A DNA stretch of 64,000 bases, taken from an uncultured delta proteobacterium (GTDB lineage Bacteria; Myxococcota; UBA727; VGSZ01). The stretch is from assembly GCA_963775425.1 (NCBI GenBank), contig CAVZJB010000011.1, forward strand, positions 448,001 to 512,000, given 5' to 3'. This document shows, in pieces, positions 1 through 9,600 of the stretch. The notes beneath the pieces are model-generated. The model was given only the letters and a program-made list of their open reading frames with translations, made no database searches and had not been told where the DNA came from. Position numbers and translations under genes: made by a program. How positions within the stretch are numbered: the stretch's first letter is position 1; each line of letters opens with the position of its first letter.

Positions 1-2
1 TC

Positions 3-3000
3 GGCGAACCCGGGATCGGTCCAACCGTTGGTGGACGTCGGGCGCTCACCGTCGTGGCAGGGCAGGCACGTCGACGGCGTGGCGTCGCCGACGTTGTGGA
101 AGCGGCCGCCGGAGAACGAGGTGTACGAGCCGCCGCCGTGGCAGGTGATGCAGTCGGTCAGGGCCGCCGCGGTGGTGTGATCGAACGTGACACCCGCGGG
201 CAGCGACGCCGCGCTCGCGTGCGTGAACGTCGTCGCCGGGCGCGAATTGGCGTGGCAGTCGATGCACGACCCGGGCTGCGGCAGCGAGGCAGCGTCGAGC
301 GAGTCGTGGAACACCGTGGGCGTGTCGCCCGCCGCCCACGTCGTCGCCGGCGACTGCACCGTCGGCGGCACGTGGCAGACGCTGCACTCGACCGGGACGA
401 GCGCCGTCGTCGTCGGCGCGTCGTTCACCCACGCGACGGCGTCGTGCTTCATCTCGCCCGAGGCGGGGTTGCGCGGCGGATCGGTGGCCGTGGGGCCGAC
501 GAAGCCGGTGGGCATGGACGTGAAGTGGCACTCCGTGCAGCGCGTGGGCTCGGCGATGAAGAGGTTCTCGAGGGAGGAGTGGAATTCGCCGGGGTAGTAG
601 TTGACGGTGTCGCTGTGGCAGTTGGTGCACGTGTTCATCACGGCCACGTCGACCTGCGCGGTCAGGTGGTCCATCGGCATCGGCATGGTCTCGGTGACCG
701 CCTGCAGGCTCTCGATGGAGGTGACGGTGTACGTGGGGATCTGCGCGTTCACGTCGATGGAGCGCAGCGGGTCGTTGACGAGGTTGGCGGGGAGCAACCC
801 GTCTTCGCCATGGCACAAGGTGCACGTGGCGGGGTTGTTCATGCGGCTCTCGTCGTGGTCGAAGTCCCAGGCCGCCGCGTACGCCGCGCCCGTCGTGGTG
901 GTCGCGATGCTCCCGGCCGCGGGGGTGACGTGGCACGCGGTGCAGTCGGTGCCGTAGAAGTGGTTGACGACGTCCACCGTCAACGACTGTCCGGGGTACG
1001 CCGGCGTCGTGATGGTCATCGTCGCCACCGTGAACGGCCGCGTGTCTCCGGCGCCGGAGGCGAGGTCCGTGGCGTTGTTCCACGGGGTGCCGACCAGGTC
1101 GCTCCCCGACTCGTGGCAGCTCCCGCAGTGCGTCTGGATGAGCGACGAGGCGTGGTCGTAGGCGACGGCGTTCCTGCCGCCGGTGGCGTTCGCGCCGTGG
1201 CAGGTCTCGCACGAGGTCCCCGTGGGCACCGTCGGGTGCGGCAGGTTGGCGATGCCGGGCTCGATGGTGGTGGCGTTGTCCGCGGGCGGCTGCGGCACGA
1301 GGAAGCCGCCGACGCTGATGAGCTGCGGGAAGCCGCCCTCGGCGCCGAGCCAGTTGGGCGCCGACGGCGTGCCGGTGCCCGGCCACGAGTGGCACGAGGC
1401 GCAGTCCTGCGTGCCGGCCTGGTCGGTGAACGCGGTGTGGTCGACGACGTAGCCGGGGCCGGGCTTCACGTTGACGTGGCAGTGGCTGCAGCGCCCGCCG
1501 CTGCTGTTGAGGATGAGCGGGCTGCTCGCGGTGAAGCGATCGTGGAACGTGGCCTGCGCCCACTCCTTGCCCTGCGCGGCGCCCGACGGCGCGGGGCCCG
1601 CCTGCGTGTGGCAGAAGTTGCAGTCGTGGGCGCCGACGTTGGCGTCGCCGTGATCGATCTGATCGCGCGTGCCCGGCGCCACGCCGGTGGAGGCGTCGTC
1701 GGAGGCCGTGGACACCGCGGTGGTGTCGACGACGCCGGCGGGCATGTTGTTCCCCGCGCCGGGCGCGCTGCCGACGCCGTGACACTCCTTGCACGACGTC
1801 ACGCCGACCGACACCGACGCGTGGAACGGCGTCGACGTCGAAAACGCAGCCGGCGACGGCACCGCGTCCGCCGCATGGCAGCTCGCGCAGTCCTGCCCCG
1901 CCACGTAACGAGCCGTGTGGCTCATCCACTGCGCGCCGTTGTCCGCGGTGCCGCCCTGCGCGAGCACATAGCTCACGCCGCTCTGGGTGAGCGCGGACGG
2001 CTCGCCCGCGCCGTGGCACTCCTCGCACGTCGACGGCTGCGAGGCGGCGCCGGTGTCGAGCCCCGCGTGAAGGGCGCCCCCGGACCACCGCGCCGCCGTG
2101 GCCGGCGCCTGCGCGGCGTTGCCGAGCGCGGCGGCGTGGCAGGTCTGGCAGTTCTGGAACGGGATCTCCGCCGACGCGTGGTGCATGGCGTAGTCGGTGC
2201 CGGAGGCGACGTCGGCCTGCGCGGTGTTCGCGACGGTCGGGTAGTGGCAGAGGGTGCAGTCGGCGGGGACGGCGGCGCCGATGTTCCTGTGGAAGGCGCC
2301 GTCGGCCCACGTGTCGCCCGGGCTCGCGTGGCAGGTGCTGCAGTCGATCTGCGAGACGTTCGAGACGCTCACGCCGCCGATGTTCACGGGGCTCGTGAAC
2401 GCCACCGAGTGATCCATGGGGATGAGGTCGGAGCCGGCGTGCTCGACGATGTGATCGGGCGACCTGTGACAGTCCGCGCAGTGGCTCGTCGGCTGCGGCA
2501 GCGGCGTCACCGCGCCGCCCGGCGTGGCCGTGAACGCGTCGAGCGCCGGGTGGTACTGGCCGTTCACCAGCGACGTGACCGTGCCGTTCGTGTTGGTGTG
2601 GCAGTGGAAGCAGACGCCCTCGTCGGGGTTGGTGGGGCTGCCCGGGTCGAGCGCTGCGGGGAGCGCCGCCGACGTGTGCAGCATCTGGTTGTAGATCGTG
2701 GCCGTGATGGACGTGGTGCTCGTGACCAGGTTGTTGGGTCCCGAGCGCACGAGGCTGATCTCGCTGACCGTGAAGAACTGGTCGAGCCCGCCGATGGGCA
2801 CGTCGCCGGGGTACGTGACGCCGCCGGACCAGTCGCCGCCGGGCAATTCGCCGGTCGACGGGTCGAAGTAGTTGTCGAAGCGCGCGGTGGTGACGCTCGC
2901 CTGGTGGCAGCCAAAGCAGTCGCCCGTGCCGTCGTTTTGATGGTCGAAGCCGAGGAGGGCCGCCGCGTTGCCGACGCCGATGACGAGGTCGGGGCGCTGC

Positions 3001-4487
3001 GTGCTGTGGCAGGCGATGCAGGACTGGTCGACGGCGGTGCCGGGGGCGTGGGGGTAGTCGCCGCCCTGCCAGTTCTGGTCGACGCCGAAGGTGCCCGAGC
3101 CGGGGCCCGCGTGGCAGAGCACGCAGTCCTGGCCGGCGCCGTGGGTGGCGGCGGCGTTGCCGGTGAAGTCGAAGGGCCGGTCGCGGAAGCCGGTGTCGGC
3201 CCACGCCGCCGTCGACGTCGGCCGCTCGCCCTCGTGGCAGGGAAGGCACGACGACGGCACCGCGTCGCCCGCGTGGTGGAACCGGCCGTCGGCGAACGAC
3301 GTGTGTGAATCGCCGGCGTGGCACGCGGCGCAGTCGCCGCGCGCGGCGGGCGCGGCGTGATCGAAGACGACGCCTGGCGGCAACGACGCGTTCTGCGCCG
3401 TGAACGTCGTCGAGGGGCGCGAGTTGGCGTGGCAGTCGATGCAGGAGTCGGGCTGGGGGACGGCGGCGGCGTCGAGCGAATCGTGGAACACCGGCGGGCC
3501 GTTGGCGGTGGCCCACGTGGCCGCCAGCGTCTGCGACGGCGGCGTATGGCACAGGCCGCACTCGGTGGGGACGAGGCCTGACGCGGTGGGCGCGTCGGCG
3601 AGCCAGGCCACCGCGTCGTGCTTCATCTCACCCGAAGCCGGATCGCGCGGCGGGTCGACGGCGAGGGGCCCGACGAAGCCGGTGGGCATCGACGTGAGGT
3701 GGCACTCGGCGCACTGCGTGGGCTGCGGCTTGAACAGCGTGCCGAGCGACGAGTGGAGCCTGCCCGGGTAGTACGTGGCGGTCTCGGCGTGGCACGCGGT
3801 GCAGTCGAGCATGGTCTCGGCGTCGATCTGCGACGTCGCGTGCTGCATCGGCATCGGCAACGTCTCCACCGTGGGGGTGACGGCCGCGATGGACGTGCCG
3901 GCGTAGCGGGGCAGGAGCGCGTCGACGTCGACGTCCGCGAGCGGATCGGACGCGAGACCCGGCGGGAAGGCGCCGACCTCGGTCCAGTCGGTGGTGGAGA
4001 AGTGGCAGGCGCCGCAGTCGGCGCTGCCGCGGTCGGGGTGCGTGAAGCCCGCGATGGGCAGCGCGGCGAACGCGGCGCCCTCGTCGTGGCAGGTGGCGCA
4101 TTGGTTCTGGCCGCTCGCGTGATCGAAGATCGGCCGCTGCACGCCGCGCGCGTGGCACGCGTAGCAGTCCACGCTCTCGTACGCGTAGTCGCTGACGGTC
4201 TCGTGCAGGAGGTTCGTGGCGACGGGCTCGTGCTCGTGGCACGAGACGCAGTTGAACTCCTGGAAGGTGTCGCTGTTCGTGTGGCACTGCGCGCAGTCGA
4301 CGGCGTGCGGCCCGCTGTCGATGGGGAAGTACGACTTCGAGTGCTCGGCGATGGTGAGCCCGGCGAACACGGGTTTGCCCGGGTCGGTCGGGCAGCCCGC
4401 GGCGAGCGCGGTGATCGCGAGCGCGGCGAGCGCCGGCAGGAACCCGGCCCGCGTGATCTCCCGTTCATGGATTCCGGCCTTGCGCAT
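3..4487 (-). CDS. Giant lipoprotein multiheme c-type cytochrome (about 35 CxxCH motifs in window; 3' end beyond window edge)
   Basis: Hand translation from ATG 4487: MRKAGIHEREITRAGFLPALAALAITALAAG-CPTDP (lipobox), then CAQCH, CVSCH, CYACH, CATCH, CGACH, CTACH, CAECH ... CLPCH at 54-68, all in one frame. No stop before the edge, which is why the ORF track omits it. In-frame stops at 4521-4529 bound the start. Confidence 0.93.
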   Translation of the reverse strand, partial: MRKAGIHEREITRAGFLPALAALAITALAAGCPTDPGKPVFAGLTIAEHSKSYFPIDSGPHAVDCAQCHTNSDTFQEFNCVSCHEHEPVATNLLHETVSDYAYESVDCYACHARGVQRPIFDHASGQNQCATCHDEGAAFAALPIAGFTHPDRGSADCGACHFSTTDWTEVGAFPPGLASDPLADVDVDALLPRYAGTSIAAVTPTVETLPMPMQHATSQIDAETMLDCTACHAETATYYPGRLHSSLGTLFKPQPTQCAECHLTSMPTGFVGPLAVDPPRDPASGEMKHDAVAWLADAPTASGLVPTECGLCHTPPSQTLAATWATANGPPVFHDSLDAAAVPQPDSCIDCHANSRPSTTFTAQNASLPPGVVFDHAAPAARGDCAACHAGDSHTSFADGRFHHAGDAVPSSCLPCHEGERPTSTAAWADTGFRDRPFDFTGNAAATHGAGQDCVLCHAGPGSGTFGVDQNWQGGDYPHAPGTAVDQSCIACHSTQRPDLVIGVGNAAALLGFDHQNDGTGDCFGCHQASVTTARFDNYFDPSTGELPGGDWSGGVTYPGDVPIGGLDQFFTVSEISLVRSGPNNLVTSTTSITATIYNQMLHTSAALPAALDPGSPTNPDEGVCFHCHTNTNGTVTSLVNGQYHPALDAFTATPGGAVTPLPQPTSHCADCHRSPDHIVEHAGSDLIPMDHSVAFTSPVNIGGVSVSNVSQIDCSTCHASPGDTWADGAFHRNIGAAVPADCTLCHYPTVANTAQADVASGTDYAMHHASAEIPFQNCQTCHAAALGNAAQAPATAARWSGGALHAGLDTGAASQPSTCEECHGAGEPSALTQSGVSYVLAQGGTADNGAQWMSHTARYVAGQDCASCHAADAVPSPAAFSTSTPFHASVSVGVTSCKECHGVGSAPGAGNNMPAGVVDTTAVSTASDDASTGVAPGTRDQIDHGDANVGAHDCNFCHTQAGPAPSGAAQGKEWAQATFHDRFTASSPLILNSSGGRCSHCHVNVKPGPGYVVDHTAFTDQAGTQDCASCHSWPGTGTPSAPNWLGAEGGFPQLISVGGFLVPQPPADNATTIEPGIANLPHPTVPTGTSCETCHGANATGGRNAVAYDHASSLIQTHCGSCHESGSDLVGTPWNNATDLASGAGDTRPFTVATMTITTPAYPGQSLTVDVVNHFYGTDCTACHVTPAAGSIATTTTGAAYAAAWDFDHDESRMNNPATCTLCHGEDGLLPANLVNDPLRSIDVNAQIPTYTVTSIESLQAVTETMPMPMDHLTAQVDVAVMNTCTNCHSDTVNYYPGEFHSSLENLFIAEPTRCTECHFTSMPTGFVGPTATDPPRNPASGEMKHDAVAWVNDAPTTTALVPVECSVCHVPPTVQSPATTWAAGDTPTVFHDSLDAASLPQPGSCIDCHANSRPATTFTHASAASLPAGVTFDHTTAAALTDCITCHGGGSYTSFSGGRFHNVGDATPSTCLPCHDGERPTSTNGWTDPGFA

Positions 4488-4612
4488 CGTCCGCTCACCG
4501 TATGCGAGGACCGCGCCGCGTCACCATCATTCGCTGCGCACGAGACACAATTCGACGTCGTGACGTGCGCCGGGTGGGCGCGCCCGCGTGCGCGCACACC
4601 CCCCGCACACCC

Positions 4613-5474
4613 TCACTCGGCGACCTTCTTCTCGCCTGCCGCGATGCGCACCGGCAAGGTGTTCTCCGGACGCGGCAGGGGACAGGTGGCGAACGGCGTG
4701 AACGCGCAGGGCGGGTTGTAGGCGCGGTTGAAGTCGAGCGTGACCTTCCCGTTGCGGGGTGCGTCGGCGGAGAGGAAGCGCCCGGCACCGTGGGTCTCCG
4801 CCGGCGCCGTGGCGTCCTTGAACACGAAGAACAGCGCGCCGTCCTCGTCGACGGGCTCGAGCGTGACGGCGTGGCCGTCCACGGAGAAGTGCGCGCGCCC
4901 CGTGGCGAAGGCCTCCTGCGCCGGGCCGTGCGCGCTCGGGATCATGAGGCGCAACTTGTCGGCGCGTCGCCTCGATGACCCAGCGCTCGTCGACGGGGAA
5001 CGCGTCGATGCCGGGGAACTTCGTGCGGCGCTCGCTCCGTGCGTCCCACTCGCGGATCGCGAGCTGCCCGGTGCGCTCGATGAGCGCGACGGTCTTGTCG
5101 CCGAGGTGGAGCGTGTCCGGATGGCCGCTCGCGTCGCTGTGGAGGACCACCTCGCCGACGGGCTTGCCGTCTTCGGTGTAGCCGTCGCTCTCGCGCGCCG
5201 CGAGCGTCACCTGCGGCGCGCCGTCGACGGTGGCGAGCGTGAGCACGCCGGGCAGGCCGGGGACGGCGTTGTCGCCCGGGCGCAGCCATTGCAGCGCCAC
5301 CAGCGCGAGCCATCCGTCCGGCTCCTTCAACCGCTCGATGCGCTCGTCGTGCCACTTCTGCCACGCGGCGACGAACGGCGCGGCCGCGCGCGGCGCCGCG
5401 GGAGGGGCGTCCTTGTGGCACGCGCCCGAGAGCGCGACGGCGGTGACGACGGCGAGGGGGACGACGGCGCGCAC
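4613..5474 (-). pseudogene. DUF1684-family lipoprotein split by a frameshift near 4960-4965
   Basis: N-half in ORF 4527..5474 (LSGAC lipobox, GWLALVAL, FPGIDAFPVDERWVIEA). C-half in ORF 4613..4954 (LFFVFKDAT, GAGRFL, LDFNRAYNPPCAFTPFATCPLP). Confidence 0.8.
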
Positions 5475-5487
5475 GACGGCAGCCCGC

Positions 5488-6273
5488 TCACGCGGAGCGG
5501 CGTCCGCCCTGGCGGCGCTCGACGTCGACCTTGGACTGGTGCCCGAGGAACTCGGTCTCGAGCTCCTGCGTGGACTGCCGCGTGCGCTCGGCGAGGTCGC
5601 CGATCTCGCGCGCGACGACGGCGAAGCCGCGACCGTGCTCGCCGGCCTGCGCGGACAGGATGGACGCGTTGAGCGCGAGCAGGTGGATGCGCTTGGCGAT
5701 GCTGCGGATGATCTTCAAGAAGTCGCTGACCGCGCGCTGGCGCTCGCTCTGGATCTGATCGGCGAGCGCGATGATCTCGGCCTCGATGGACGACAGGCCG
5801 AGGAGCGCCGCGTTGCCCTCGCTCGCGGGGACGCCGCACAGGATGACGGCGACCGGGTCGCCGCCGACGAGGACGGGCTTGGCGTTCACGAGGAACCTGC
5901 GCTCACCGAGGTCCGCGCTGCCGCCGAACGTCTCGCCGCGCATGAGGCAGACCGTGGCCACCTCGCGCGGGAGCGGCACCGAGGCCAGGTCGCCGGCGAA
6001 GGAGGCGCTGGCGGCGACCGCCTTCTCCTGGAGGAAGAGCAGGGCCATCAGCCCCGCGCTGTCCGCGGAGAGGTTCAACAGCTCGCGGCCGATGGGCCCC
6101 GACAGCGAGCGCCCTCCCACGGCGAGGCCTCGGTCGTCATGGACGAGGCTGCCCTCGCGTCGAAGGAGCGCGAGGAAGAGGTCGCAGGTGCGGTCGGCGC
6201 GCTCGACGACCTGATCGCGCGCGAAGGCCTCGAGGCGGGCGGTGAGATGCTCATGGAGCTGAACGTCGGGCAC
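5488..6273 (-). CDS. Short soluble methyl-accepting chemotaxis-like protein (sensor domain plus MCP signalling hairpin tip)
   Basis: [36 protein letters not shown] is the conserved MCP tip; no long hydrophobic segment; GTG start assumed. Confidence 0.8.
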   Translation of the reverse strand: MPDVQLHEHLTARLEAFARDQVVERADRTCDLFLALLRREGSLVHDDRGLAVGGRSLSGPIGRELLNLSADSAGLMALLFLQEKAVAASASFAGDLASVPLPREVATVCLMRGETFGGSADLGERRFLVNAKPVLVGGDPVAVILCGVPASEGNAALLGLSSIEAEIIALADQIQSERQRAVSDFLKIIRSIAKRIHLLALNASILSAQAGEHGRGFAVVAREIGDLAERTRQSTQELETEFLGHQSKVDVERRQGGRRSA

Positions 6274-6348
6274 GGCGGAAGAATACACCGATGTAGGGTG
6301 GGGTGGGGTCGGGCGAAGCGATCAAAGACAGCGAGGCACGGAGAGCCG

Positions 6349-7632
6349 ATGATCCTCGATGTGCGGTCCCTCGCCCTCGCCCTGATCCTGTCCGCGCTCC
6401 TCGGGGGCTGCCAGCTCTTCTTCGGCGTGACCCCGTGTCGCCACAACGAGCCGTGCCCGGGCGGCGAGGTCTGCGACACCGGCGCGGGCATCTGTCGCTC
6501 CATCAGCGCGCTCCCGCCCGACGCCGGCGATCCTGGCGAAGGCGAAGGCGACCCGGGCGAAGGCGAAGGGGAGGGCGAAGGAGAAGGGGAAGGCGAAGGC
6601 GAAGGCGAAGGGGAGGGAGAGGGCGAAGGAGAAGGCGAAGGCGAAGGCGAGGGAGACATCACGCCGGTCATCCCCGCGGTCTGCGGCAACAACGTCGTCG
6701 AGCCCCCCGAGGAGTGCGACGACGGCAACCGCACGAGCGGCGACGGCTGCTCCTCCACCTGCCACACCGACACCAGCGTCACCGAGCAGGAGCTCAACGA
6801 CGAGCCGCAGGGACAGCAGGTCACCGTGGCGAGGACGCAGTTCGACATGCTCGGGCAGGTGGAGATGTTCTTCGACTCCAACGCCAACCAGAACGTGTCC
6901 GAGTACGACGGCTTCTGGCTCACGTTGAACAACCCGGCCGTGGTGCGCCTCGAGACCTTCGACCAAAACAACGCCGACGACTGCACCGGCGCCGCCGCCC
7001 ACTGCCTCGCCCTGTACGACAGCTCCGTCGACGGCGCCAACAGCCAGGCGCAGTTCGACGCGGCGTGGCTCCGGGGCGCGGCGCAAAACGGCGTCGGCAA
7101 CTGCGCGGGGATGACGGAGAACCTCGCCGCCGGCGACTACTGGGTCGAGATCACCGAGTGCGACTTCGACCAGCCGATCCCGAGCTACCGGGAACAGATC
7201 GCCGCGCTCGCCGATCGCGGGCCGGAGCACGAGCCCGACAACGACCGCGCCCACGCCGACCGCTCCGCCGCCGACGGCCGCGACGTGTCGATGTCGGGCA
7301 GCATCGGCAGCGCCGACGATGTCGACGTGTACGCCGTCGACGTGCCCCCCGGCCTCGGCCTGCGCGCCGAGGTGGTGCCGGTGACCTCGAAGAGCGAGTG
7401 CGACGCGTTCAACGCGCGCCTCGCCGTCCTGGACGCGAGCGGCACCGAGGTGGCGAGCCACGGCTCGGCGCTGTACGCGTGCGCCTCCGGCGACGGCACC
7501 GGCGCGGCGCCGCGCGACCCCTCGCTGCACAACGGGACACAGACGGCGCAGACGTTCTACGTCGCGGTCGCCAAAGGCTCGTCGGGCTTCACCGGCGCGC
7601 TGCCGTACCGCATCGCGTTCACGGTTCGCTGA
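6349..7632 (+). CDS. Lipoprotein with (GE)n linker, Myxococcales Cys-rich repeat (DUF4215-like) and PPC-like domains
   Basis: Lipobox LLGG-C; 16 consecutive GE pairs; CGNNVVEPPEECDDGNRTSGDGCSSTC; EHEPDND and DVDVYAVDV motifs typical of PPC domains. Confidence 0.8.
   Translation: MILDVRSLALALILSALLGGCQLFFGVTPCRHNEPCPGGEVCDTGAGICRSISALPPDAGDPGEGEGDPGEGEGEGEGEGEGEGEGEGEGEGEGEGEGEGEGDITPVIPAVCGNNVVEPPEECDDGNRTSGDGCSSTCHTDTSVTEQELNDEPQGQQVTVARTQFDMLGQVEMFFDSNANQNVSEYDGFWLTLNNPAVVRLETFDQNNADDCTGAAAHCLALYDSSVDGANSQAQFDAAWLRGAAQNGVGNCAGMTENLAAGDYWVEITECDFDQPIPSYREQIAALADRGPEHEPDNDRAHADRSAADGRDVSMSGSIGSADDVDVYAVDVPPGLGLRAEVVPVTSKSECDAFNARLAVLDASGTEVASHGSALYACASGDGTGAAPRDPSLHNGTQTAQTFYVAVAKGSSGFTGALPYRIAFTVR
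6535..6654 (+). repeat. Gly-Glu hexanucleotide repeat (GGN-GAR)n within a CDS
   Basis: ggcgaaggcgaaggggagggcgaaggagaa... with synonymous variation. Confidence 0.95.
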
Positions 7633-7682
7633 CTCAGCGACCGGAGGAGCGGCCGCTCGGATCGGCGACCGGACGGACCTCG

Positions 7683-9467
7683 TCACGGGCACTGATCGAG
7701 GCACCAGTCGACGTCGCCGTCGAGCGCCTTCAGCTCCTCCGCCGACATCGTGCTGAGCTGCGCCGCGCGCCGCAGCACGGAGCCGGCGCACGTCGGAGCG
7801 GGGCGGCACGCGCGCAGGGCGCGCACCCGGTCGCCGAAGAGCACGGGGCGCTCGTGCGGGTGCGGCGGGTTGTCCGGCGCCGGCCGCGCGTGGTGCACGT
7901 GGTGTCGCACGTGCTCGACCGGGGCGGGCGTCGCGCTGCCGGCGTCGGCGAGGGGCATCCCGCCGGTGCCGCCGTCGCTGCTCGCGGCGAGGGCGGTGGC
8001 ATCGGGGGCGGTGGCGTCGGGGGCGGTGCCGTCGGGGGCGGTCGCGTCGGGGTTCGGGGTGCCGGCGGGAACGACGCCGGGGGTGTCGACGCCGGTGGGG
8101 CCGGCGGCGTCGGGGGGGACGGCGGGAACGTACGGCGCCGGCCGCGCGACGACGGCGGGGGGGCGCAGGGCGACGATGGCGGCCGCGGTGACCGTGCACG
8201 TGGCGAGGACGGCGGCGGCAACGGTGGCGATGGGCGTGAACGCGCGGCGCCGCGGGATGGGGGCGGGCGCGCTGTGGGTCACCGTCGTCGTCGGAATCGA
8301 CACGGGCTTTTGCAGCGCGCGCATGCGGCGGACGGGCTGCTCGATGGTCTGGACGGCGTCGTCGTCGGCGGACTCGTCGTCGTCGACCATGTGCACGCCG
8401 ACGATCTGCGACGCCGTCACCGCGTCGGCGTCGAACGCGAACGTGCCCTTGACCGGCGTGTCCTCGACGGCGGTGCGCGCCCACAGGGCAGCCGCGTGGA
8501 ACGACGTGGGCTCCTGCAACAAGAGCGCATGCGCGCGGCGCTCCTCCTCCTCCTCGCCGCCGAACAAGTCGGTGAGGAGCTGCCGCAGCGCCTCGGAGGA
8601 CCCGCGCGTCGTCGACGCCGCGAGCACGGACTCCTTGAGCTCCTGCGCCGTGGGCCGCTGCGCGCGGTCGACGGCGAGGCCCTTCTTCAAGGCGTGGCGC
8701 AGCGGCTTCGGCAACTCGAGCAGCGCCGGTGGCCGCGGCTTGGTGCCCGAAGCGACGTGAACGAAGATGGCCTCGAGCGGCTTGTCGCCCCAGAACATCC
8801 GCCCCGACAGGAGCTCCGTGGCGACGATGGACGCCGCCCAGACGTCGGTGGCGGCATCGACGGGCTCCGCGCGCGCCTGCTCCGGCGACATGTAGCGGAC
8901 CTTGCCGATGGCCTGGCCCGCTTGCGTGAGCTCGCGCTTCACCGTTGACCGCGCGATGCCGAAGTCGATGAGCTTCACCTCGCCCGCGAAGCTCACCATG
9001 ACGTTGTGCGGGCTGATGTCCCGGTGGACGATCTTCAGCGGCTCGAGGCTGCGCGGGTGGCGCGCCTGGTGGACGAACGAGAGCGCGTCGAGGAGCTCGC
9101 TGATGATGTAGAGCGCCGCCTCCTCGGGGATGCGCACGCCCTGGCGCTTTGCTTTGCGCAGCACCGACTGCAGGTCGCGGCCGGCGACGTGCTCGACGGC
9201 CATGTAGGCGGTGCCCTCGGCGCGGCCGACGTCGATGACCGAGGCGATGTTTCTGTGCGTGAGGAACGACGTGGTGCGCGCCTCGTCGAGGAAGCGCAGC
9301 AGGAGCGTGTCGTCGGCGCCGAAGCTGCCGCGCACCGTCTTGACGACGCAGAGGCGCTCTCCTTCGCCGAGCTTCTGGTGGGCGAGGTACACGTCGCCCA
9401 TTCCCCCCGACGCGAGATGCCGGAGCAGCAGAAAGGGCCCAAGGGGGCGGGGGAGCTCGATCGACAT
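7683..9467 (-). CDS. Membrane-anchored Ser/Thr protein kinase
   Basis: GGMGDVY, HRDISPHN, DFG, YMSPEQ; TM segment ATVAAAVLATCTVTAAAIVAL; Pro/Ala-rich linker and Cys-containing C-terminus. Start taken at MSIELP. Confidence 0.92.
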   Translation of the reverse strand: MSIELPRPLGPFLLLRHLASGGMGDVYLAHQKLGEGERLCVVKTVRGSFGADDTLLLRFLDEARTTSFLTHRNIASVIDVGRAEGTAYMAVEHVAGRDLQSVLRKAKRQGVRIPEEAALYIISELLDALSFVHQARHPRSLEPLKIVHRDISPHNVMVSFAGEVKLIDFGIARSTVKRELTQAGQAIGKVRYMSPEQARAEPVDAATDVWAASIVATELLSGRMFWGDKPLEAIFVHVASGTKPRPPALLELPKPLRHALKKGLAVDRAQRPTAQELKESVLAASTTRGSSEALRQLLTDLFGGEEEEERRAHALLLQEPTSFHAAALWARTAVEDTPVKGTFAFDADAVTASQIVGVHMVDDDESADDDAVQTIEQPVRRMRALQKPVSIPTTTVTHSAPAPIPRRRAFTPIATVAAAVLATCTVTAAAIVALRPPAVVARPAPYVPAVPPDAAGPTGVDTPGVVPAGTPNPDATAPDGTAPDATAPDATALAASSDGGTGGMPLADAGSATPAPVEHVRHHVHHARPAPDNPPHPHERPVLFGDRVRALRACRPAPTCAGSVLRRAAQLSTMSAEELKALDGDVDWCLDQCP

Positions 9468-9600
9468 CGGCGCTGCTACGAAGATAGCGCGTCGGCGTCT
9501 CGTACATCGCCGCAGGACCGCGGCGGAGATCCTCCCGACGTCCGGTGCCGGCCGGCAACGGGATCCGCGCCGGCGCCGCGTGTAGCATGAGGCGCCGGCC

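Noticed and set aside
46-3561. Long ORFs 46..3561(-) and 54..3308(+) in the ORF track
   Set aside because: Arg/Ala/Gly-rich shadow frames of the cytochrome gene; the CxxCH motifs lie in a different minus-strand frame.
4488-4612. Possible FNR/CRP site upstream of the cytochrome
   Set aside because: No convincing TTGAT-N4-ATCAA or TGTGA-N6-TCACA match.
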